From positions 30,001 to 62,000 of the forward strand of contig NC_013849.1 in the NCBI RefSeq assembly GCF_000025505.1: 32,000 bases of DNA, written 5' to 3'. The notes beneath the pieces are model-generated. The model did no database searches and was not told where the DNA came from. It worked only from the letters and a program-made list of their open reading frames with translations. Position numbers and translations under genes: made by a program. Of the stretch, positions 18,287 through 25,892 are shown one piece after another; positions within the stretch are counted from its first letter, which is position 1; each line of letters opens with the position of its first letter. The stretch is from Ferroglobus placidus DSM 10642. GTDB taxonomy: Archaea > Halobacteriota > Archaeoglobi > Archaeoglobales > Archaeoglobaceae.

Positions 18287-19161
18287 TCGTATATCGGCAC
18301 TCCTTCCTTTTCTGTCTTTTCTCTAAACTTTTTCATCAGGAACTTCGTCAGCTCCCCAGGCTTTCCGTCTCCAATTTTTCTCCCGTCTATAACAGTCACC
18401 GGAGCGATTTCTGCTGCTGTTCCCGTAACGAAAACTTCGTCAGCCGAATATAGATCGAAAAGGCTCAGATGTGTTTCTTTAAACGGTATGTTCTCCTCTT
18501 CAAGAATTTCAATAACCACCTCCCTCGTTATTCCCTTCAAGTTGTTTATCGTGGGGGGTGTGTAAACGACCTTCTTCTTCACGATGAAAATGTTATCTCC
18601 GCTCCCTTCCGATACGTAGCCGTTGTGATCGAGGAAAATTGCCTCATCCCCTCCTTTAACGTTAGCCTCTATTTTCGCCAAAATGTTGTTCAGGTAGTTG
18701 AGAGACTTTATGTTCGGCGGTAGAGAGTCGATAGCGTTCCTCCTAACTGCCACAGTCACAGCTTTTAACCCCTTTTCGTACAAATCTCCGTAAAGCCTAT
18801 CCCACGGCTGAGCGATAATTATGACGTTAGGTCTTCCGCACTTCCTCGGATCCAAGCCGAGGTCACCTATTCCTCTCGTCACTATCGGTCTTATGTAAGC
18901 GTCTCTCAGCTTATTTACCCTCAGCGTTTCGAGAATCGCCTGAGCGAACTCCTCCTTTGTGAGCGGTATTTCCAAGTCTATCACCTTTGCGCAATCGTAA
19001 AGCCTGTCGAGATGTTCGTAGAGTCTGAAAACTTTCCCGTTGTAAGCTCTGATTCCTTCGAAAACTCCGTCGCCATAGAGAAAACCGTGGTCGAAAACGC
19101 TGATTTTCGCTTCGCTCTTTGGAACGAACTCACCGTTGATGTATATTAGCAACTCCTCCAT
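18283..19161 (-). CDS. ilvE: Branched-chain amino-acid aminotransferase
   Basis: [36 protein letters not shown]...[14 protein letters not shown]...[23 protein letters not shown]. Confidence 0.95.
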   Translation of the reverse strand: MEELLIYINGEFVPKSEAKISVFDHGFLYGDGVFEGIRAYNGKVFRLYEHLDRLYDCAKVIDLEIPLTKEEFAQAILETLRVNKLRDAYIRPIVTRGIGDLGLDPRKCGRPNVIIIAQPWDRLYGDLYEKGLKAVTVAVRRNAIDSLPPNIKSLNYLNNILAKIEANVKGGDEAIFLDHNGYVSEGSGDNIFIVKKKVVYTPPTINNLKGITREVVIEILEEENIPFKETHLSLFDLYSADEVFVTGTAAEIAPVTVIDGRKIGDGKPGELTKFLMKKFREKTEKEGVPIYE

Positions 19162-19240
19162 CTTCTCCCCCTTCAAAAAGACGGTCGACTAAAAATAAAA
19201 TTTGCGATAGATTTAATTAGTTTCGGACTCAATTTTTCCT

Positions 19241-19483
19241 GTGATCGGTTTGGGGGAATTTGCACTAATACTTATCTTAGCGCTGATACTGATAGGTCCG
19301 GAAAAACTTCCAGAAGTTGCGAGGACGCTCGGGAAACTTTACGCCGAATACAAGCACGCGATGAGGAGGCTGGAGCTTGAGATACTCTACGGAGTCGAGC
19401 CGCCGAGCGAAGATCTTATCGAAAAAATTTATGAAAAAAAGGTAAATTTGAACGAGAGCGTCAAAGAAAAGTTATTTAAATAA
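19241..19483 (+). CDS. TatA/TatB-family twin-arginine translocase protein (divergent)
   Basis: GLGEFALILALILILIGPEKLPEVARTLGKLYAEYK: one TM plus amphipathic helix with the GPEKLPE motif. Confidence 0.85.
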   Translation: MIGLGEFALILILALILIGPEKLPEVARTLGKLYAEYKHAMRRLELEILYGVEPPSEDLIEKIYEKKVNLNESVKEKLFK

Positions 19484-19510
19484 TTCACCTACCTTCTTTG
19501 AGGTGCGAAG

Positions 19511-19834
19511 ATGATAGGAGGTATAGGACCAAACGAGTTGTTGGTGATACTGATAATTGCGTTCATACTCTTCGGAGCCCACAAATTGCCGGAGTTGGCG
19601 AGAAGCTTAGGAAGAGCCACAGGAGAGTTCAAAAAAGCTCAGAGGGAAGCTGAGATAGAGCTGAGAAAGTTTGAAGAGGAGCTGAAAGCGGGAAAATACA
19701 AGAGTCAAGATGAGAAGAGGAAGAAACTTGAGGAAATAGCCAGAACTCTTAACATCGATCCGGAAGGAAAGAGCGACGAGGAGCTTATTGAGGAAATTAA
19801 CAAAGCTCTGCCTAAGGAAAAAGTCGAGCCGTAA
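19511..19834 (+). CDS. tatA: TatA/E-family twin-arginine translocase protein
   Basis: [45 protein letters not shown]. Confidence 0.9.
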   Translation: MIGGIGPNELLVILIIAFILFGAHKLPELARSLGRATGEFKKAQREAEIELRKFEEELKAGKYKSQDEKRKKLEEIARTLNIDPEGKSDEELIEEINKALPKEKVEP

Positions 19835-19847
19835 TTGTCTCGGAACT

Positions 19848-20681
19848 TTATTTTTTGAGATTCGATACTTTAACATCAACTACGAAGCGATAAACGCGGG
19901 GAGCGTAGCTTCCGCACTTTTTAATCCTCTCTATTTCCACTTCAGCACCGATTTTCTCAAATTCCTCTCTAACCTCCTTTTTAACCTCTTCCACTTCCTC
20001 TTCTCCGGCGAAAGTGTAAATGTGAACGTAGCTACCCTCTTTCAACTTTCCTTCGAGTAAGTAAATGTGGTCTTCCGCATGATAGGGGGCGGGCATGACA
20101 ACTCGATCGAAAACACCCTCCAGCTTCGGAACGACGTCTCTGACGTCTCCTTCTATAACCTTCACGATCCCCTCAACCTTGTTTAGCTTCACGTTCTTTT
20201 TAAAGTACTCCACAGCTACCGGATTCAGTTCAATTCCGATAACTTCCCTCGGCTTGGAAAGTCTCGCTATGACGATAGCGTAAGGTCCAACTCCGGCATA
20301 CATTACAAGGACTCTCTCCCCTTCCCTCACGAGCTTAGCAATTCTTTCTCGTTCTCCCGAAAGCTTTACGGTGTAGTAAGCTTTGGTTGGATCGACTAAA
20401 AATCTGCAACTGTGCTCCTTAGCTATCGTTTCCGTCTCTCCTCCGTAGATTACTTCGTACTTCGCAATTCTGAAATCCCCTTCGACCTCTCCAACCTTCC
20501 TGAGTATCGTTTTTACGTGCTTGTGCTTTGCGAGGATCGCTTTAGCTATTTCGTCCTTCAAATGGAGTATCTCGTCTGGGATCTCTATTATAACGACGTC
20601 TCCGATTATCTCGAAGCTCCTCCTTAGCTTTGAAAGTTCTTCCGGTGTTACTTTGTCCTTCAGCATCTCCTTTAAACTCAT
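19848..20681 (-). CDS. Trm5-like class I SAM-dependent tRNA methyltransferase
   Basis: FLVDPTKAYYTVKLSGERERIAKLVREGERVLVMYAGVGPYAIVIARLSKPREVIGIELNPVAVEYFKKNVKLNKV. Confidence 0.85.
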   Translation of the reverse strand: MSLKEMLKDKVTPEELSKLRRSFEIIGDVVIIEIPDEILHLKDEIAKAILAKHKHVKTILRKVGEVEGDFRIAKYEVIYGGETETIAKEHSCRFLVDPTKAYYTVKLSGERERIAKLVREGERVLVMYAGVGPYAIVIARLSKPREVIGIELNPVAVEYFKKNVKLNKVEGIVKVIEGDVRDVVPKLEGVFDRVVMPAPYHAEDHIYLLEGKLKEGSYVHIYTFAGEEEVEEVKKEVREEFEKIGAEVEIERIKKCGSYAPRVYRFVVDVKVSNLKK

Positions 20682-20714
20682 CGTTTTAGTTTAATCTTTC
20701 GGGTTTAAAATTCC

Positions 20715-21842
20715 TTATCTAAACAAAACCGGAAGCATTACGGAACCCATGCATGCTATGGGGCGAACTTTTAGAGCGTATGAAATCAAACCCACCGCTG
20801 AAGCTGAGAAATAGATCGCAAGTCCAAAAACTCCGTTGAAGTGGAGAGATAAAACAATTAGGAAAATTAAAACAAAGAGGGAAACTTTTCCAACTTTTAC
20901 CTTCGAAAAGACCTTCGAAGAGGGATAGATCAGGAGTAGAGTTATTGCCGTTGCAATTATAGCAGCTACAAGAACGAAAAGGGGTAGTAAGAACAGCGCT
21001 TCTCTCGCTCCTTTTAGAGCTTCGGCTATTCCGCTTCTAACTTTTTCTGAGTGCAGCATGGCTAAGCTTAGAATAGCTGCGGAGGTGTTTGCCGAGCTTA
21101 TCGAGGATACGTAGCTCTCGGAAGATTTCGAATTAGCTGAAGCTATGCCTGTGGCAACACCGGAGCTTATCCCGGGGAATAGCGAGACGATAAAGCCTGC
21201 AAAAACTCCTTTTACAACGTCAACCGGATTTGGAAGGCAGAACATCACCTTCTGCTCGACGATCTTTTCACTTCCCAAACTCTGCAGAAGCATCGGCGTT
21301 GCGAAGAGTCCAGTTAGGAGGGGAAAGTAGAAATCTCCAGCCTCTAAAGCTTTAAAGCCGAGAATTCCCGAGACAAAGAAGACCGCGAGAAAGTAAAGTC
21401 TTCTTTTTAACGTCGACAGCGAGCCTCCGAATGTGTCCTTTTCGTACCTGAGAAAAAATATAAGAGCGAAAATTATGGCGAATTTGTAGAAGAACGAGAG
21501 ATCGAAGCTGCTTATCGCGGCGACAACGTAAAAGAGCGGTAGTGAGAGAATTGCTGAAAAAAGTGAGGAGAAAGCTGAAATGGATATAGCTTTCCCTCCT
21601 TCACCTCTGTTAACGAGCTCGTGGGCTGGGAAGATAGTCAAAGCGGTGTCTTCTTCCGGAACTCCCACAAACGTTGCCGGAATTATGTTGAGGAATGTGT
21701 GAGTTACGAGCATCGAAACTAAAATCACAGCCTCTTCGCTGTTTGCCGAGGAGTAAAGAGAAGCTATCGTATTCGGATGAATACCGGGAATTAATCCCGT
21801 TAAACAGCCGAGAAAAATTCCTATCAAGCTTTCGAGAATCAT
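20715..21842 (-). CDS. TctA-like/DUF112 polytopic membrane protein
   Basis: MILESLIGIFLGCLTGLIPGIHPNTIA...GVPEEDTALTIFPAHELVNRGEGGKAI: TctA-like G-x-x-x-G-x-x-P-G repeat, also VSLFPGISSGVATG. Confidence 0.8.
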   Translation of the reverse strand: MILESLIGIFLGCLTGLIPGIHPNTIASLYSSANSEEAVILVSMLVTHTFLNIIPATFVGVPEEDTALTIFPAHELVNRGEGGKAISISAFSSLFSAILSLPLFYVVAAISSFDLSFFYKFAIIFALIFFLRYEKDTFGGSLSTLKRRLYFLAVFFVSGILGFKALEAGDFYFPLLTGLFATPMLLQSLGSEKIVEQKVMFCLPNPVDVVKGVFAGFIVSLFPGISSGVATGIASANSKSSESYVSSISSANTSAAILSLAMLHSEKVRSGIAEALKGAREALFLLPLFVLVAAIIATAITLLLIYPSSKVFSKVKVGKVSLFVLIFLIVLSLHFNGVFGLAIYFSASAVGLISYALKVRPIACMGSVMLPVLFR

Positions 21843-22462
21843 TTAATGAATCTCCTGACGAAATCCTCGCTGACGTTCGAAACTTCGGAAATTTTTGCAG
21901 CGTCTCTGCTCCCTATTCTCTTGGAAATCATTTCGAAGTAGTCCAAAGCAACTTCTTCATCCTCCAGATCCCACATCCCCGAGAACATCGGGTGAGCGTC
22001 TTTTAGGAAGTCGCTAATCCACTCTATGTTCTTACCCTCCATAAATCGCTCCAGGTACCCTTCTTCGTAGAGTAGGCAATCTTTAAGGATGAGCTTGACC
22101 GATTGAATTACTCTCTCGTAGTCGTACTTTCTGTTTGGAGGAGAGTACTTCTCGATTATTCTATCAATTTCCTCCTTCGTGAAGTCGAAAACCTTCTTTT
22201 TCGAGCTTTTTGAAACTTCTTTTAAAACGTAAAACGTTCTCTCATCTACCGGCGATTTCCTCGACTTGCCCCCACTTCTGAGCACCACGTAGTAAATAGA
22301 GTTGGCTACTCCCAAATCTCTCTTCGTGAAGTTCTCGATTTCCTCGTAGCTTGCCAGAGTCGACAGTATTAGCCTTATCAAAGCGTGCTCTTTCAAGTCC
22401 TTTCGCGAGGATATGCATATGTGCTGGAGATCCTCTTCGACCATTATCAGTTCTTCGTGCAT
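21839..22462 (-). CDS. Conserved-looking archaeal protein of unknown function
   Basis: 207-aa ORF with coding-like composition overlapping the next gene by 4 nt. No family recognised. Confidence 0.55.
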   Translation of the reverse strand: MHEELIMVEEDLQHICISSRKDLKEHALIRLILSTLASYEEIENFTKRDLGVANSIYYVVLRSGGKSRKSPVDERTFYVLKEVSKSSKKKVFDFTKEEIDRIIEKYSPPNRKYDYERVIQSVKLILKDCLLYEEGYLERFMEGKNIEWISDFLKDAHPMFSGMWDLEDEEVALDYFEMISKRIGSRDAAKISEVSNVSEDFVRRFIK

Positions 22463-22500
22463 AGTAAAAGTGATAATGCAGTAGCTGATATTTTAATCTT

Positions 22501-22779
22501 GTGAAGCATCCAGCCATAGTTCAGGTGAGAACGGAGATCGAAAAAGCCTTGGAAATAGCTAAAAAATTCGTTACTGAGGTGGAAAGAAGAGAGGATGGCG
22601 TGGACATATACTTTGAAGACGTTAACGAGGCGAGAAGGTTTATAAGCGTATTTAAAAGAGCGACGAAAAAGAAAATCCTCGTAAAATCGAGCACTAGTTA
22701 CGCTGGTTTGAGAAAGGGGAGAGTCAGGTACCTCTTTACTTACTCTCTGAAGGAGAATGAAGGTAGAAGACTACGTTAA
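22501..22779 (+). CDS. Small protein of unknown function upstream of the CDIN1-like nuclease
   Basis: GTG-start ORF, 92 aa, overlapping the downstream gene by 23 nt. Confidence 0.55.
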   Translation: MKHPAIVQVRTEIEKALEIAKKFVTEVERREDGVDIYFEDVNEARRFISVFKRATKKKILVKSSTSYAGLRKGRVRYLFTYSLKENEGRRLR

Positions 22780-23677
22780 GATAAGGAACGAACTGAAAAG
22801 GATCGAGGATTTAAACAAAGTCGTCAGAAGGTATGGGATTAGAAGGGGGACTGCTTTCAGCATTCTCGTTCAGAAAAAGGTTAGTTACGTAAGGAAAAAC
22901 TACTACAAGTTTGAGAGGAGAGCTGAAGAGATCCTCGAGTACTGGGAAACGAACAAAAGCTTTCCGAGCTGGTTGAAGCTTCCGCCGGTTATGAAGCTAA
23001 GACTGCTCTTTAAGGCTATGGGTATGAGCAAGAAGAGGATTGCGAAAGTTCTTAAAAATCCGGAGGAGTTGAGTGAATTCGAGGATTTAATTTACGACGC
23101 TATGTATAGAGATTACGTCTACTCCCCCGTAGCAGCTGAAAATCTGGCTGCGAGGGGAAAAATTGGTGAGAAAATAGTTGAAAGATATTTGATAGCTCGA
23201 GGGGTTGATTTTATCTCTGAGAAAGAAATTCGAGGAGACAAAACGCCGGACTTTCTGATTCAAAGCGAGCTGAAAATTGGAGGAAGAAAAGTTCGCTGGA
23301 TAGAAAGCAAGTCGATGTTTGGCGATGTTTTTGCCTACGAGGACAATCTCAAGCAGTTTGAAAAGTATTCGAGCGAATTTGGGGAAGGCGCTGTAATTTT
23401 CTGGCACGGCTTTTTGGACGTTTTGAGGGATAAGGAGTTTCTAATAATCTCGGATATCGGGCATCCAAGCGGGGAGAAGAGATTTCTGAAGGATATGGTG
23501 GTCAAAATTAGCGACGAAGGGGAGTTTTCTTGGAAGGGCGGAGAAGAGATGAGGAGCGGAAAATTCGTCAGAGAGCTAATAAGATTTTTCAAAAGCTGCT
23601 CGACTTCGATTGCTGCTGAAGAGAAAATGGCTGTGAAGAAAGCGCTTGAAAAATTTGGGTATGTTGTCACTGCTTAG
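22757..23677 (+). CDS. Archaeal homolog of CDIN1/C15orf41 (TPD-motif PD-(D/E)XK nuclease-like)
   Basis: KTPDFLIQSELKIGGRKVRWIESKSMFGDVFAYEDNLKQFEKYSSEFGEGAVIFWHGFLD closely parallels the TPD...HWIESKASFGD...YW..FGPGLVIYWYGF region of human CDIN1. N-terminal helical domain consistent. Confidence 0.82.
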   Translation: MKVEDYVKIRNELKRIEDLNKVVRRYGIRRGTAFSILVQKKVSYVRKNYYKFERRAEEILEYWETNKSFPSWLKLPPVMKLRLLFKAMGMSKKRIAKVLKNPEELSEFEDLIYDAMYRDYVYSPVAAENLAARGKIGEKIVERYLIARGVDFISEKEIRGDKTPDFLIQSELKIGGRKVRWIESKSMFGDVFAYEDNLKQFEKYSSEFGEGAVIFWHGFLDVLRDKEFLIISDIGHPSGEKRFLKDMVVKISDEGEFSWKGGEEMRSGKFVRELIRFFKSCSTSIAAEEKMAVKKALEKFGYVVTA

Positions 23678-24500
23678 CCACTCTTTCCGATCTCGGTACG
23701 AACTCAACGACCTCTCTTTGAAACATGGGCTGCGGATACAGCTCCATTAACTCGTAAACCTCCTTAGGAACTTCCGTCTTCACGTTGAACCCCATTTTTT
23801 TCAACTCTTCTGGAGTTAGAGGGTAATCGTGAGTCCACCTACCTTCCGTGAGGGTCTTTGCTATTTCTTCCGCTTTTTCTCTACCCATTCTGTCTTCGAG
23901 AAGTTCCACTATAAATTCTCTCAGCTGTTTTATCGCCTTTTCAGCAACATCTGCGAGAATCAAAGTTTGGTCGTCAACTTCGTTAACATCTTTTCTTTCA
24001 ACAGCCTTCAGTATCGAAGGGGCTGGGTAGCCCATAATTTGAGGGTCGAGAGGTCCAAGGACAGCGTGAGGATCCATTATAATCTCATCAGCCGCTATCG
24101 CTATCAAAGTTCCTCCGCTCATCGCATAGTGAGGGACTATAACTGTCGTTTTAGCCGGGTGGTCCTTTATCGCTTTAGCTATCTGCGTTGCAGCAAGAAC
24201 CAATCCACCGGGAGTGTGGAGAATCAGGTCTATCGGCGTGTCTCTCGGAGTCATTCTTATCGCTCTCAAAACCTGCTCCGAGTCTTCGATGTTTATAAAG
24301 CGATAAAAGGGGATGCCGAGCAAACCGATTCTTTCCTGTCTGTGTATTAGCGTTATAACGCTACTCCCCCTCACTCTGCTCAACCTTTCCATCGCCTTTA
24401 CTCTCATCATCTGAAGCCTTCTGTAGTTTAACTGGGGAGATATTAGCAGATAAAAGAACAGGAGAAACCAGAATATCGAAAACGGGTCGAAGTAGTTCAT
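23667..24500 (-). CDS. ClpP/SppA-like membrane serine protease (DUF114/SDH-type)
   Basis: N-terminal TM; MTPRDTPIDLILHTPGGLVLAATQIAKAIKDHPAKTTVIVPHYAMSGGTLIALAAD-type region (HYAMSGGTLIAIAADEIIMDPHAVLGPLDPQ). Confidence 0.9.
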   Translation of the reverse strand: MNYFDPFSIFWFLLFFYLLISPQLNYRRLQMMRVKAMERLSRVRGSSVITLIHRQERIGLLGIPFYRFINIEDSEQVLRAIRMTPRDTPIDLILHTPGGLVLAATQIAKAIKDHPAKTTVIVPHYAMSGGTLIAIAADEIIMDPHAVLGPLDPQIMGYPAPSILKAVERKDVNEVDDQTLILADVAEKAIKQLREFIVELLEDRMGREKAEEIAKTLTEGRWTHDYPLTPEELKKMGFNVKTEVPKEVYELMELYPQPMFQREVVEFVPRSERVAKQ

Positions 24501-24538
24501 GTTTGATTATATCTCTATCTCTCATATATTTGCTTTTT

Positions 24539-24547
24539 GACGGCGAA
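24539..24547. repeat. Target-site duplication, left copy (GACGGCGAA)
   Basis: Exact 9-bp match to 25762-25770. Confidence 0.88.
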
Positions 24548-24567
24548 GGTTTTGGGACAAAATTCCT

Positions 24568-24726
24568 TTAATCCCTGACAACAATCACATACGCTCTCCA
24601 CCCAATATACCTCTTGGGCACATCAACCTTTGCTGAATTACCGAAAGGCGTGACTCTCTTCTCGAAAACAACCTCAACCTCCTCTTTCAGAACAAAATCT
24701 CCCTTCTTCACTTCAACCCTCCTCAT
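24568..24726 (-). CDS. DUF2080-family transposase-associated protein
   Basis: MRRVEVKKGDFVLKEEVEVVFEKRVTPFGNSAKVDVPKRYIGWRAYVIVVRD, with the VTPFGNSAKVxVPKRxIG signature. The supplied 136-aa ORF is longer; the 52-aa start is preferred. Confidence 0.82.
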   Translation of the reverse strand: MRRVEVKKGDFVLKEEVEVVFEKRVTPFGNSAKVDVPKRYIGWRAYVIVVRD

Positions 24727-24777
24727 GTTAAGTATATCCATAGAAATACTTAAATACTTTTTGGTTGGAATCAGAAC

Positions 24778-25746
24778 ATGAACCTTGGATTCAGAGTGAC
24801 AGGGAAGTTTGTAAGGGAACTTCTGGATGTTTTGGATGAAATTGCAGAGGAGATAAGACAGGAGGAGAAGGAAAAGTATCCGTACACAGAATGGGAGAGG
24901 AAGAGAGAAGTTGTTAAGGAAAGGCTGAGAAAACTCCCTGAATACGTTAGAGAGGCTATTTCTGTGATAACCGTGCAAAAGAGGGTGGGAAGACCAAAGA
25001 AAGTTGATCTGGAGAAGAGAGTTATGCTCTTTCTGTTTGCAAGGCTGATGGACAAATCAAACAGAGATATTGAGGAGCTTTTAGAGCTGTTTGAACCTTT
25101 ATTCGGGATAAAGGTTAGCTACAAAACGATAGAAAGATTATACTCGGATGAAGAAGTTAGAATGGCTTTACACAACCTCTTCATCCTTCTGCTTAGAGAG
25201 GAAGGAGTTTCAGGAGATTTTTCAGGAGATGGGACAGGATACAGCCTAACCATCACTAAGCACTATAGAAGCAATCCTAAAAGGAAAGGTAAAGACTTCA
25301 GATACGTTTTCAGGATAATTGACATCGATACGGGAATGTACGTTGGCTTTGGCTATTCTGACAGATCTGAGAAAGATGCCTTTGAGAAGGCTTTAGGAAT
25401 GCTCAAAAGCATGGGGGTGAAGGTAAACTCGATTTCTCTGGATAAGTATTACAGCAGTAGGAAGACTCTGAGGCTGTTTGATGCTGAGACAGCTGTCTAC
25501 GTCATTCCAAAGCGAAATCTTGCCAGAATAGGATTTGACTGGTTGAGGGTTATCGAGAGGATTGTTGAAGCTCCTTATAGGTTTCTGAAGAGGTACTTCA
25601 AGAGGAACTTAAGTGAGGCAGGATTTTCTGCTGATAAGAGGAGATTTGGATGGTTGATAAGGCAGAGGAGGGAGGACAGGAGAGAGATGGCTTTGTTTGC
25701 TGTCGGGCTTTGGCACAACATATTTGCTGTGAGGGTGATGAGGTAA
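24778..25746 (+). CDS. ISA1214-type transposase
   Basis: 322 aa, fills the IS. Contains VSGDFSGDGTGYSLTITKHYRS...YRFVFRI-like DDE-type region (SGDGTGYS; SISLDKYYSSRKTL) and FAVGLWHNIFAV. Confidence 0.85.
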   Translation: MNLGFRVTGKFVRELLDVLDEIAEEIRQEEKEKYPYTEWERKREVVKERLRKLPEYVREAISVITVQKRVGRPKKVDLEKRVMLFLFARLMDKSNRDIEELLELFEPLFGIKVSYKTIERLYSDEEVRMALHNLFILLLREEGVSGDFSGDGTGYSLTITKHYRSNPKRKGKDFRYVFRIIDIDTGMYVGFGYSDRSEKDAFEKALGMLKSMGVKVNSISLDKYYSSRKTLRLFDAETAVYVIPKRNLARIGFDWLRVIERIVEAPYRFLKRYFKRNLSEAGFSADKRRFGWLIRQRREDRREMALFAVGLWHNIFAVRVMR

Positions 25747-25761
25747 TTTTGTCCCAAAGTC

Positions 25762-25770
25762 GACGGCGAA
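25762..25770. repeat. Target-site duplication, right copy (GACGGCGAA)
   Basis: Exact 9-bp match to 24539-24547. Confidence 0.88.
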
Positions 25771-25892
25771 AATTAACTTAAAAATCGAAACGTTAATAGT
25801 CGTATCAGCGGGGTTGAAAGTGATGATTAGCAGAGCTGAGAAAATCCTTACCCCGCTTATGATTGGAGTTCTGATCTTTCTTGTGAACTTCT

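Larger units (their letters stand above)
24548..25761. mobile_element. ISA1214-like insertion sequence (ISNCY-type), 1214 bp, apparently intact
   Basis: Terminal inverted repeats GGTTTTGGGACAAAATT (24548-24564) and AATTTTGTCCCAAAGTC (25745-25761), 15/17 matching. Flanked by 9-bp direct repeats GACGGCGAA (24539-24547 and 25762-25770). Contains a transposase plus a divergent DUF2080 ORF. Confidence 0.9.

Noticed and set aside
22757-23677. Initial idea that the TPD-motif protein is a restriction endonuclease or part of a new defence system
   Set aside because: The sequence matches the CDIN1-like family and its neighbours (TctA-like, DUF114 protease) are not defence genes.
24727-24978. N-terminal extension of the minus ORF 24568..24978 beyond the DUF2080 core
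   Set aside because: The extension overlaps the transposase antisense and has no similarity; the 52-aa product starting at 24726 fits the family length.
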